A stretch of DNA of 63,280 nucleotides, the filler included, from Octopus bimaculoides (lineage: Eukaryota): NCBI RefSeq assembly GCF_001194135.2. It is 4 parts of 3 records of this genome, joined end to end, with 100 filler letters (N's around TTAATTAATTAA, not from the genome) between each part and the next. Parts side by side here need not be neighbours in the genome. Positions count along the whole stretch, not along the records: positions 43,055 to 61,912 come from NC_068983.1; positions 62,013 to 63,280 come from NC_068995.1; 2 more parts are not named here. One strand, given 5' to 3'. Every line of letters begins with the position of its first letter. Position 1 is the stretch's first letter. Positions 52,556 to 63,280 of the stretch are shown here, in pieces. The translations under genes were made by a program, and so were the position numbers. Under the pieces are notes generated by a model that searched no databases, had not been told where the DNA came from, and saw only the letters and a list, made by a program, of their open reading frames with translations.

Positions 52556-52899
52556 GTAGACAGTTACCCCCCTTGAAACCAGTTGTCTCATCCATTGGCC
52601 ACTGGATGGTGCACATCGTGGTGTTGCGTTGTGAGAGAATTAAATCTATAGCTTTTGGGCGGCACAGCCAAAGTGATGAAATGTATTTTCTTATGTACAT
52701 CAATACGAACGCACAGAATCTGCCTTTATCTCTCTATATACAAATACTGTAATTTGCATGCAGTAATAAAGATTGAAACGATTTACGGCCATATTTGCAA
52801 ATTCTTATCGTCTTTTTATTCTTGCATTTCAAGAATGTCTGCCTTCTACATTTCAGCTTTCTTTGTTAAGAGCAAAAGTTCCTAAACTATCGTTAGTAT

Positions 52900-53400
52900 T
52901 TTCTCTTTATCACAGGTTTTGTTGGAGTTCCTGGAGTCTTGCATGCATAGCAGGATTGTTACATGCAGCCTATGGTACCATGCTATTCGTTCTTTTCAGT
53001 TATCTAATACTTACCTGATTATTCTGGCCGTGTTCAGGCGGCAAACCTTTTGTAACAGTTCTACTGGGAATTCTATTCCAGTTTCTTTTATATTCCTCTT
53101 GATGCCTTCTGATACTGTTCCCAAGGACCCAACAATAACTGGCACTATCTTCACCTTCTACATTCTCCATAGCCAGACTATTTCGTACTAAAGAGGGTTG
53201 TATTTATTTATCTTTTCGCCTTCCTTCTTGGCTATTCGTGGGTCAAAGGGGCATGCAACATCAACTATATCGCACATGTGGTGCATCTTGTCCACCAGCA
53301 CTAGGTCCTGTCTGTTATGCTCAAGCACCTGATCTGTTTGGATTGGGAAGTCCCAGAGGAATTTGCTAGTAAAGAAGGTTTCATCCTGTTGGTCAAAAAT
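52900..53400 (-). mobile_element. R4/Dong-type non-LTR retrotransposon 3' fragment (RLE domain)
   Basis: Translates to FLWDFPIQTDQVLEHNRQDLVLVDK..IVDVACPFD...KIVPVIVGSLG...LLQKVCRLNTARIIR. Confidence 0.8.
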
Positions 53401-53785
53401 ATCTTGGACAGAAAGTCTCTTTCTAAGAACATCAACTGTGTGGGGTGGTTGTATTTATAGAGCACTCACATGTTTGTATCGATGTTCAACTATTCCTGGC
53501 GTATGATAACTTTTCAGAGATTAAACCTAACGTTCTAATGCCTTTCCGGTCTCTGTTACTGAAGAAGAGATAACCACTCCGAAATGCATGAATCCAACAA
53601 TCTGGTTAGGAGGCGCTGTGAGGCGACTGTAAGCTGTCTAAAGTGAGAATTTTTCTTCATCACAAAATACAGTGATTAGCTTTCGTATGGGTTCGAATAT
53701 GCTTCAAGCATTTTTGAACTGGTAAAAAGTTTGTATTTGTACACATCACTGCTTAGCACTGTCACCCCGTATTTCATTATTATTA

Positions 53786-53946
53786 TATGAAAACTCACAG
53801 CTTAATTTGCTGGCTATGATTGAAAGTGTCAGCTGCCCACAGCCAGCAGACTAAGGTGACACTTATCTACTGGTCATGCTCCAAGAACACTGCGAAGATC
53901 TTCACACTTGCTCTGATCTTTTTCAGCCATGTTGATAGCTGAGTGC

Positions 53947-53947
<1 letters not shown>
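53786..53947 (-). mobile_element. Short 5'-truncated R4/Dong copy flanked by (TAA)n
   Basis: DNA match to 59474-59600 (agcactca..caacatgg.tgaaaaagat...gcaagtgtgaag..cttcgcag.gttcttg) with an internal deletion of about 40 bp. ATT tracts lie at 53776-53785 and 53947-54002. Confidence 0.7.
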
Positions 53948-54004
<57 letters not shown>

Positions 54005-54504
54005 TTATTACGCCNNNNNNNNNNNNNNNNNNNNNNNNNNNNNNNNNNNNNNNNNNNNNNNNNNNNNNNNNNNNNNNNNNNNNNNNNNNNNNNNNNNNNN
54101 NNNNNNNNNNNNNNNNNNNNNNNNNNNNNNNNNNNNNNNNNNNNNNNNNNNNNNNNNNNNNNNNNNNNNNNNNNNNNNNNNNNNNNNNNNNNNNNNNNNN
54201 NNNNNNNNNNNNNNNNNNNNNNNNNNNNNNNNNNNNNNNNNNNNNNNNNNNNNNNNNNNNNNNNNNNNNNNNNNNNNNNNNNNNNNNNNNNNNNNNNNNN
54301 NNNNNNNNNNNNNNNNNNNNNNNNNNNNNNNNNNNNNNNNNNNNNNNNNNNNNNNNNNNNNNNNNNNNNNNNNNNNNNNNNNNNNNNNNNNNNNNNNNNN
54401 NNNNNNNNNNNNNNNNNNNNNNNNNNNNNNNNNNNNNNNNNNNNNNNNNNNNNNNNNNNNNNNNNNNNNNNNNNNNNNNNNNNNNNNNNNNNNNNNNNNN
54501 NNNN

Positions 54505-54645
<141 letters not shown>

Positions 54646-54804
54646 TTATTACGCCCACCTTATTAACAACATCACAATAATTTTTTGTGGCTTTTTTTAT
54701 TCGACACCTTTATGTTTTATTTTGTCTGTTGTTGGTGTTTCCACTATTCATTTATTTATTTATTTATCTATTTATCTATTTATTTATTTATTTAACTGCT
54801 TCAG

Positions 54805-55185
54805 GCCAGCTCGATGAAGGTTGATTTCGAGTCGAGAGCAGCAATAAGCGAAATCAGCAAGAACAAGAACAACACTCGATCACGACAGATAAATGTGTTA
54901 AACAGCAACAACAGCAACAACAAAAAAACGGCAACAACAATTGATAACAACAGCAACAACAACACCAACACCAACACCAACACAGCTAAGTGTGTAGGAA
55001 GAGGGTTAATCATGTGCCAAACAATAACATCGAAGTCAACAACAACAACGACAACAACATCGACCCATCATAAAACACCAAACACACACGAAATCCCAAC
55101 CACGTCTGTCTTAAACCTCTTTATTTGTGTTTTCGTCCAAAACAAAGAAACCGGATTTCCTCTGGATTCTTCTAAACAAATTTAA
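54805..55185 (+). CDS. Weak candidate terminal exon with an Asn/Thr-rich low-complexity product
   Basis: Acceptor ttaactgcttcag. A single open frame reads ASSMKVDFESRAAISEISKNK... and is partly microsatellite. No homology recognised. Confidence 0.2.
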   Translation, partial: ASSMKVDFESRAAISEISKNKNNTRSRQINVLNSNNSNNKKTATTIDNNSNNNTNTNTNTAKCVGRGLIMCQTITSKSTTTTTTTSTHHKTPNTHEIPTTSVLNLFICVFVQNKETGFPLDSSKQI

Positions 55186-55189
55186 TGCA

Positions 55190-55246
55190 CTTCATTCTCT
55201 TTCTTTCTCTCTCTCTCTCTCCCTCAAACACACACACACATACATG

Positions 55247-55336
<90 letters not shown>

Positions 55337-55548
55337 CTCACTTTTCATTCGCTTTTTCTCTCTCTCACTCACTCTTTCCCTCACGTTCACCCACTCTCTC
55401 TCTCTCTCACACACACAGTTTTTCCTCACTATCCCCTCTCTTTCTCTCTCTCTCTCTTTCTCTTTCCTCTCTTTCCCTCTCTCTTTCTCGTTCTCTCTCT
55501 TTCTTTTCCCTCACTTTCTCTCTCTCTCTCTCTCTCTTCCCTCCCATC

Positions 55549-55590
<42 letters not shown>

Positions 55591-55780
55591 TTCTCCCTCT
55601 CTCTTTCTCTCTCTCTCTCTTCCCTCTCTTTCGCTCTCTCACACATACACAAGCACTTTTCCCTCACGTTTCTCTCTGCCTCTCTCCGTGTGTGTGTGTC
55701 TCTCTCTCTCCGTCTTTCTCTCTCTCTCCGTCTCTTCTTCCCTTTCATACATTGAACTCTCCTTCTCTCTTTCACCCTCT
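55190..55780. repeat. (CA)n and CT-rich low-complexity tract
   Basis: Seen directly in the sequence. Confidence 0.9.
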
Positions 55781-56499
55781 TTCTTTATGTCGTCTGGTTA
55801 AATAAACTAATATGTCATACGCTTACATGTCTTCAAGTCATTCAGTTCACTGTAATGATAGCTTTATACTGTCATATAACACTTTCTACTTGTCTCACTG
55901 CCTTTCTGGCCAGTGCCCAATCTCTACCTGTCTATCTATATCGCACTGTCTACCTGTCTTTCTATATCACTCTGTCTATATCTATCTGTCTATACCTACC
56001 TGTCTATCAGTGTCTACTTGTCCATCTATGTCTAACTGTCTAGCCATAACTATCTCTCTGTCTATGTCTGATTTACTATATCAGCCTGTTAAACTGTCTA
56101 ACGACGTCTAACTGTTTAGCTATGTCTATCTCTGTCTATTTGTCTAATTATTTTTCGCAGTCTATCTATATCTACGTGTTCATGTCTAACAATCTATGTC
56201 TACAATTTACTTGTCTGACGGTCTAACTATATCTTGCTGTCTATCTCTATATCTATAACTACCTGTCTATCCATATCTATATGTATAAGTCAAACCCTCT
56301 ATAATTATCTGTCTATCTATATCTGTCTTTCTTATATTTATCTCTCTATCAATCTCTAATTATCTGCCTATGTCAACCTGTCTACCTATGTCCATCTGTA
56401 CGTATTACATTTTACACACATTACAACGCGACCCCTGCTAAACCATATTTTGAATTTTCTTGTTTCTGCTTTTTCGTGTTCTTTGAATCCGTGTGGTGC

Positions 56500-56924
56500 A
56501 TCTTCTAGGTTCTGAGTTCAAAAACCACCGAACGCAACTCTGCCTTTCATCACTCCGAGGTCAGTAAAACTGAAGTCCCTGACAAGTATTGGGCAACAAC
56601 TAACTCCCGCCCCTATTAATTACTGGTATGCAATATTTATGATTAAACAGGTTGTTGATCCTATGTATTATGTATTCACAGCCACAAAATCCGATTTTTG
56701 AGATTCAATTTCATGAACACATTGGATCCTTACATCTCGTCGGTCAAAATGCCTTGCATATTTCTTTTGACTTTTTATATCTCAGTTTAAGTTCCACCAA
56801 GGTCAACTTTGTCTTTCAGCCTTTCGAGGTCCCCAAAATAAAATACCTGTCGAATATTCATGTCAATGTAATCAACTTGTCCCCGTTGCTCAAAATTGCT
56901 GCCTTTTTGTCAAAATTAGAAAGA

Positions 56925-57011
<87 letters not shown>

Positions 57012-57243
57012 GTTATTGTTATAACTATCAAGACGGCGAGCTGGCTGAATCGTTAGCACGCTGAATGGAATGCTTAGCGGTATTTCGTCTGCTGCTACGT
57101 TTTGAGTTCAAATTCCGCCGAGGTCGAATTTGCCTTTCATCCTTTCGAGGTCGATTAAATAAGCACCAGTTACGCACTGGGACTTATTTAATCGACTTAA
57201 TCCCTTCCTCTAAATTTGAGGCCTTGTACTTCGAGTAGAAAGG

Positions 57244-57275
<32 letters not shown>

Positions 57276-57465
57276 GAAGGTGGCGAACTGTCAAATTCGT
57301 TAGCGTGTCGGATAAAACGCTCAGCAACGTTTCTTTCGGTTCTTTATGTTTTAAGTTTTAATTCTGCAGATGTCGACTTTGCCTTTCATCCTTGAGTATT
57401 ATGGTCGATGTAATGGACTTGACCCTCCCCTCAAAATTAGCAGCCCTGAGCCATAATTAGAAAGA
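56500..57465 (+). mobile_element. Head-to-tail array of four family B SINEs; (ATT)n tracts separate the last three
   Basis: Copies at about 56500-56640, 56780-56925, 57030-57245 and 57275-57465. (ATT)n at 56926-57015 and 57245-57275. Confidence 0.8.
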
Positions 57466-58119
57466 ACCATCCTCCTGCCCCTGCACCTCACCCTCCTCCT
57501 CATCATCATCGTTTGTTCGGCACAAGACCAAAACACTATTTTGGCCGAATTCTTCAATTGAATTTAACCCAAAGTACGACTACTGGAACATGCACTTCTC
57601 TTACCTTTTCTCCCCTTCTCCCTCCCCCACTCCCACCTAGTGGCGGTAGAGGTCGGAAATGTCGAGTAATAGAAACAACACTATCAAGTATCAACTGGAG
57701 AAGCGTTTATAGTACAACAACGGGAAGCAACACGAAACATGACGAAATAGCACGAAACAGTACGGAAATGCCAACCCACCGACAAAGATGTAAGATAAGA
57801 TAATATTCACAGTGAAACTCAGAGGTTAATTTACGTTAGAGGCCTGTATGGGTGAGTATATTGAATTATGCACCATAATATATCACTTGGCTAACAATTA
57901 GTGCATGACACGCAACACGATACATAATAACAGCGACAATTTCTTTTCATTAAGATTAAGGTGAATTTTCTATGATTTCTTTTTTTGCTTTACGCTGAAG
58001 TCTACCAACTCACCCAGTTGTAAATAGGCGCATTTATATAACTGATTGTTATAATTAATTTTTAACAGGCAGAAAGTCATGGCATTTGCAGAGCAAAGAA
58101 AGGTGACAGTTGTTAATAT

Positions 58120-58340
58120 TGGTTGAAAATATTGGCCCAAGGTCAGCAATTTCGGGGGAGTGGGGACGGAGGTAAGTCGATTACATCGACCCCAGTGCTC
58201 AGTTGGTACTTATTTTATCGACCCCGAAAGGATGAAAAGCAAAGTTGACCTCGGCAGAATTTGAACTCAGACCATAATGAAGTGTTGCTAAGCGTTTTGT
58301 CCGACGAGCTAACGAGTCTGCCAGCTCGTTGCCTCGTTTA
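58120..58340 (-). mobile_element. Family B SINE
   Basis: tggtacttattttatcgaccccgaaaggatgaaaagcaaagttgacctcggcagaatttgaactcag. Confidence 0.88.
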
Positions 58341-58364
58341 TTAGTCGTTAATATTGACCCCCTT

Positions 58365-58635
58365 CTTTCATGGCTGTCGGGTCCTGTAGACGCAAATGAG
58401 CGAAGGGGGAATAAAATATGCTGAGCTGGTGGAACAACGCCACATTCTGTGGCAAGCAAGATGTGATCCTTTCGTGGCGGGGTTTAGATCGTTTGTCAGC
58501 CAGCCTTCCTGCAGTGCCTACAACATGCTGGACATCACAAATGCCAGCGGGCGAAGAGCCATCAAGTTGGCTGCGTAAGCAGCAGAGGTTGCCTTATGGT
58601 GCCTGTGGATCAGGGACTGTGAGCTCCATATGGGG
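58365..58635 (+). mobile_element. HERO-like (R2 group) RLE retrotransposon C-terminal fragment
   Basis: Translates to DANER/KYAELVEQ...WQARCDPF..GFRSFVSQ...LDI....RRAIK..*AAEVA.WCLWIR. This resembles the HERO motif 'ERKRAKY.ELVEEC...W.ARC.P.EVGCRGF..RRAIK..AAE.ASRWLW'. Confidence 0.55.
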
Positions 58636-58937
58636 AAGTGTTGAGACCGCTAAGATGTGGCAGCTGCGAGAGTCAAACATAAATGTTATCGCTATTGTCA
58701 TCGGAACATTGGGTTCAATACCACCCAATCTGAAAAAAAAAAAAACATCTGAAAACTCCAGAAATACCCTACAATCTAGGTGTATTGCAAAATTCGGCAT
58801 TACTTGGAACTGCACGCATATCGCGTAAAGTAGTATCTGTCTGAGGTCCTTGTTGTGACTTGTCAAACAGTGCAAACCCCCGTTAGACACAGTATCTTCA
58901 ATGAACAACCTCACGATATTGTATACTGTGCGACGCC

Positions 58938-58938
<1 letters not shown>
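58636..58938 (+). mobile_element. R4/Dong 3' end with 3'UTR, followed by (TAA)n
   Basis: Translates to VETAKMWQL...VIAIVIGTLGSIP...LQNSALLGTARISRKVVSV*. (AAT)n lies at 58939-59003. Confidence 0.75.
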
Positions 58939-59003
<65 letters not shown>

Positions 59004-59605
59004 CCTCGTCCCATGAAACTGTATGGCACATCGTTAGCGATGAAATGGTATGACACATCGTTAGCAAATGTCTGAAATTGGCACAACGCGAATACAAACG
59101 ACGTCATGACAACGTGACAAGAATGATCCATTGGGGGCTCTGTGGAAATCATGACCTGCAAAGAGCGAAAGACGTGGTATGGACAAACCTCAGAAGAAGT
59201 CACCGTAAATGAGAACTGAAGAATCCTGTGGGATGCAATGATCCAGTGCGATCACCTGGCCAGATATCGGAAACTGGACATTGCTGTGGTGAGTAAAAAA
59301 GAAAGAACATACATGATAATCGACATAGCATGTCCCGGTGACAACAGGATCAATGTGAAAGAAGAAGAAAAAAATAAACAACTTTGACGATTTGAAGTGG
59401 GAAATATGAAGGTTGTGGTCAATGAAGAGAGTAGACGGGATACCAATAGTAATTGGTGGACTTGGAAGTATTAGCACTCATCTACCAACATGGGTGAAAA
59501 AGATTGGCGCAAGTGTGAAGGTAGAACACCTACAAAAATCAGAATTGCTAGGAACTGCAAGAATTCTTCGCAGGGTTCTTGAAGAATGGCCAGTAAACAA
59601 GTGTA
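59004..59605 (+). mobile_element. R4/Dong fragment (zinc knuckle + RLE) starting directly after (TAA)n
   Basis: Translates to ETVWHIVS..C.KLAQREYKRRHDNV..IHW, ILWDAMIQCD...DIAVV...IIDIACPGD..KEEEKI, PIVIGGLG and LQKSELLGTARILRRVL. Confidence 0.85.
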
Positions 59606-60497
59606 GAGGTGGTGGTGGTGATATCAGTAGTGGTGGTGGCGGTGGTGGTGGTGACGATGGTACTGGCGGTGGCAGAAGTAACGGTGGAGGTGNNNNNNNN
59701 NNNNNNNNNNNNNNNNNNNNNNNNNNNNNNNNNNNNNNNNNNNNNNNNNNNNNNNNNNNNNNNNNNNNNNNNNNNNNNNNNNNNNNNNNNNNNNNNNNNN
59801 NNNNNNNNNNNNNNNNNNNNNNNNNNNNNNNNNNNNNNTATATATATATATATATATATTGGTGGCAGTGGTATGCGGTTGAAGTTGTTTTGGTGGTAGT
59901 GATTCCTGATGGGGGAAATGGTAGCAGTAGCAGCGGTGGATGTGGTGGTAATATTGGTGCACGTACAGCTGTTGATGAGGGCGGCGGCGGCGGCGGCGGT
60001 GACGGTGACGGTAGCGGCGGTGATGGTGGTGGTGGTGTATATAGTGATGTGGGGTTTCTTTTTAGTTATATTCGTGGTGTTTGTGATGGTGGTGGATATG
60101 TTGATGGTGGTGACGAGTGACAAGGAAGAAAAACAAAAAAAAAAACTCATAAAACTAAGGAAAAAAAAGGAAATTATTTTTATAAGCTTACCGTAAAAAA
60201 AGAAAAAAGGCCGTAGATCTGTCATGAGTTAAGGTTGTCAGTTGAGGGAACACGATATAACAGACACACGTGTAGAGACGTATACGCTCACTCACTCTCA
60301 CGCACACGCAACTACGCACTTGGACGAATGCGCAGACATTTACATCTTCACGCACACACATCCATAAGTAAATATATAAAAACAATATTACAAGTGTCAA
60401 TTGGAAATGAAGTTTTTATGACACTGTTTTTTTAACAGGGTTCCGTCTTAGCAGAGCGCATCGCTCCTTTATTTATTATACCTTCTTCTCACCGCAC

Positions 60498-60559
<62 letters not shown>

Positions 60560-60561
<2 letters not shown>

Positions 60562-60780
60562 GGTAGCGAGCTTGGGAGAATCGATTGTACGCTGAACGAA
60601 ATGCTTAGCGGTATTTCGTCTGCCGTTACGTTCTGAGTTCAAATTCCGCCGAGGTCAACTTAGCCTTTCATCCGTTCGAGGACTGATAAATTAAGTACCA
60701 GTTGCATACTAGGGTCGATCTAATCGACTGGTCCCCCTCCCCTTAATTTTCAGACCCTGTGCCTATAATATAAAGGATTA
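60560..60780 (+). mobile_element. Family B SINE preceded by (ATT)n
   Basis: Well-preserved head and core. (ATT)n at 60498-60560. Confidence 0.9.
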
Positions 60781-60784
60781 CTTT

Positions 60785-61912
60785 TAATCTGCTTATTTCT
60801 TACAATCACTTGCCGAGACACACCCAGCGTCCCGGGGCGAGTGAAAGGTGTTGCAGCATGACTGAAAGCTAGGGGAGGGGAGATAGTGAAGTATCTTCAT
60901 GTAATACAACACAGACATTTAAACTGATAGGGTTTTTCTGAGGATGTAGGCAGTGCTTGTCATCATAATCTTTTGGATTTCTCTGAGACATGGTTCTCCT
61001 GGGATATTATCTAGATGTTTCTAACATCCCTTTTTTTTTCATCTTACCTAGGGCACCTGCAATAACTGGAACAATTCTCGTTTTAAGATGCCACGTCTTT
61101 TCGATTTCAATTTCCAGGTTCTTATATTTACTTAGTTTGTCAAATTCCTTGACAGATATGTTTTTATCAGTAGGAACACTTACAGCTATTAGTCTACAAA
61201 TATTTTCTTCGTCGTCTTTAATAATTATGTCTGGTTGATTAGCCTGGATCGTTCTGTCAGTGTTGACTGGAAAAACCCAGAGAATAGTGACATTTTTTTA
61301 CCTTCAACGTCTGGCTCAGGATGATGTTCATACCAGTAAGCAGGAGTGCTGATTTCGTAGTGTTTACATATTTTCCAATGTTAATACTTCCTACCTTATC
61401 GTGGCGATTTTTATATTCGTTTGGTGTCAGCACAGGACATCTTGAGACGAGATGGTTTATTGTTTCGTCAAATGTGTCGCAAAATGTGCATTTAGGGTCA
61501 GAACCGTTTAGAAGAATGTTAGCCTGGTAGTTTTTGTGAGCAAGCTATGATCTTTTGCCGCCAATATGAATCCTTTCAGCCCTGAACTTCTCAGCCACTG
61601 ATGGGTTGTTGCTTGATCTACATCAGCATTTCGACTTCGGAGTATATACTTTCCATGCAGAGGCTTCTGTCTCCACCGCTCCTCAATTTGTTTCTGCCCG
61701 TTCTTTTTTGCAGTCTGCTTGATCCATTTTGCTTGTCTTGTGGCAGTGGTTTCAGTGGACACGACTGAATGGGTTGAAGACGGGTACTTTCCACTTTAGC
61801 CAAGGCTTCATTGACTTTTTCAGGTTCCACCTGAAAAGGAAAGTGAGTCGGGAGAAGGAGGTACTGTCACCCAGTAAGTTCGTTGAAAAGTGGGTGAATG
61901 TGGCAACAATGG
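60785..61912 (-). mobile_element. R4/Dong 3' fragment (post-RT region, CCHC knuckle, RLE, 3'UTR), cut by a spacer
   Basis: Translates to WRQKPLHGKY..THQWLRSSGLK..GFILAAKD, DPKCTFCDTFDETINHLVSRCPVL...YKNRHD, ILW.FPVNTDRTIQANQPDIII and STAYILRKTLSV*. Confidence 0.88.
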
Positions 61913-62012
61913 NNNNNNNNNNNNNNNNNNNNNNNNNNNNNNNNNNNNNNNNNNNNTTAATTAATTAANNNNNNNNNNNNNNNNNNNNNNNNNNNNNNNN
62001 NNNNNNNNNNNN
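61913..62012. other. Artificial 100-bp assembly spacer
   Basis: 44 N + TTAATTAATTAA + 44 N. Confidence 0.95.
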
Positions 62013-62340
62013 ATGACAGCGAAACGGGCTGATTACTACCTAGCTCAGATACCAGGAAACCCCAAAATGGCTGAAGTTCAAAAGATAGTGCTCATGGGAA
62101 CTGCCCATAGCCTACGTAAAATACTGTCTACGTGATCTCAAATTTTAAAGCAAACACATAATTTTCTTACGGTTTCTTAAACAAAACTGTACAAATCCAA
62201 ATATATGGTACCCTAGGCATACCACCTACATGAACTTCTAACTTGTTGTCTCTTGAGGTCTCTGGGTGAGACTTGGATCCAACTTGTACAGATGCAAAAC
62301 AAAAGTCAAACATAAAATAATAATAATAATAATAATAACA
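62013..62340 (+). mobile_element. R4/Dong 3' end with 3'UTR and (TAA)n tail
   Basis: Translates to YLAQIPGNPKMAEVQKIVLMGTAHSLRKILST*. (AAT)n lies at 62316-62338. Confidence 0.8.
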
Positions 62341-62387
62341 ACAACAACAACAGAAATGCTAATAATAATAATATTTTCATTACTATT

Positions 62388-62600
62388 AAGGTAGAGGCAG
62401 CGAGGTGGTAGAATCGTTTGCACGAGGAGCAAAATGCTTCGCAGCATTTTATCACTGTTTACGTTTCGAGTTCAAATTCCACCTTTAAGCTTTTCTGGGT
62501 TAACAAATTATGTACCTTCGACACATTGGGTCTGATGTAATCAAATAGTCCACTCACACAAAATTTCTGGCAGTGTGCCTTTAGTAAAAAAAGTTATTAC
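62388..62600 (+). mobile_element. Family B SINE, degenerate
   Basis: gcgaggtggtagaatcgtttgcacg...cgagttcaaattcc. Confidence 0.7.
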
Positions 62601-62952
62601 TTTTATGGCTATCATTATTATTATTAATGTTAATTTTTTTCCATAATTTCGGGAAGATATAATTTCACAAGTTAAGCATTGTTGAATGGAAGAGTGCTAT
62701 AGTATTTTTTTTTGTTCAATCTTTCATGGTGGGAAGTGCTTTTGTAATATTTGAAAGAATACCGATAGTATTATTTTTGTTGAAATATGGCTATTAAATG
62801 GAGCATATGCTTTTCTATTAAGAAATCTATCAGATTTGTATTAATGTTTATTTTTAAGTCTATATTGATTATTGGATTTATTACCGAAATTGTCATTGGT
62901 ATTATTCAAATTGTATATTATTATTATTATTATTATTATTACTATTATTATT

Positions 62953-63094
62953 GTTCAGTAGTTTTATTTTTATACCGTGCTTTCACTTCACTACCGAGCG
63001 CAGCTCTGTGTGCCTTGGGTATGTGCTGTGGTTTGCTGTGATGCTCTTATAGTTGCTGTATTGAAAGTGTTTTGCGTAGGATGTGTGCAGTGCC
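62953..63094 (-). mobile_element. Minimal 5'-truncated R4/Dong copy embedded in (TAA)n
   Basis: GTAHILRKTLSIQQL* plus a short 3'UTR, with (ATT)n on both sides (62915-62952 and 63095 onward). Confidence 0.75.
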
Positions 63095-63164
<70 letters not shown>

Positions 63165-63206
63165 GTTGTTGTTGTTGCTATTATTATTATTATTATCATT
63201 ATTATT

Positions 63207-63270
<64 letters not shown>

Positions 63271-63280
63271 CTATTAAAGC

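Noticed and set aside
59015-59070. Short direct repeat gtatg(g/a)cacatcgttagc
   Set aside because: A local duplication inside a dead Dong fragment, with no independent significance.

Overview
AT-rich, repeat-saturated eukaryotic DNA with many assembly gaps. The SINE families, LINE remnants and microsatellite density point to a coleoid cephalopod, most likely Octopus; this is my inference and was not checked against a database. I find no intact protein-coding gene, and almost all listed ORFs arise from microsatellites or N-gaps. Three identical 100-bp spacers (44 N + TTAATTAATTAA + 44 N) split the window into four joined segments. The recognisable content is decayed mobile DNA: RTE, BovB-like, Tx1 and CR1-like LINE remnants, two Penelope-like remnants, a mariner fragment, a near-full-length maT-like transposon, and three abundant SINE-type families (my labels A, B, C). 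The most striking structure is a 10-kb cluster (52.9-63.1 kb) of seven R4/Dong-type restriction-like-endonuclease retrotransposon 3' ends, most abutting (TAA)n/(ATT)n tracts, plus a HERO-like fragment. Other leads are a housekeeping-promoter-like motif cluster at 46.2-46.5 kb, a hammerhead-like core upstream of a Penelope remnant, a drop in CpG density in the first 25.7 kb, and a few weak candidate exons. All protein-family calls come from motif recall on manual translations. Coordinates of decayed elements are approximate.
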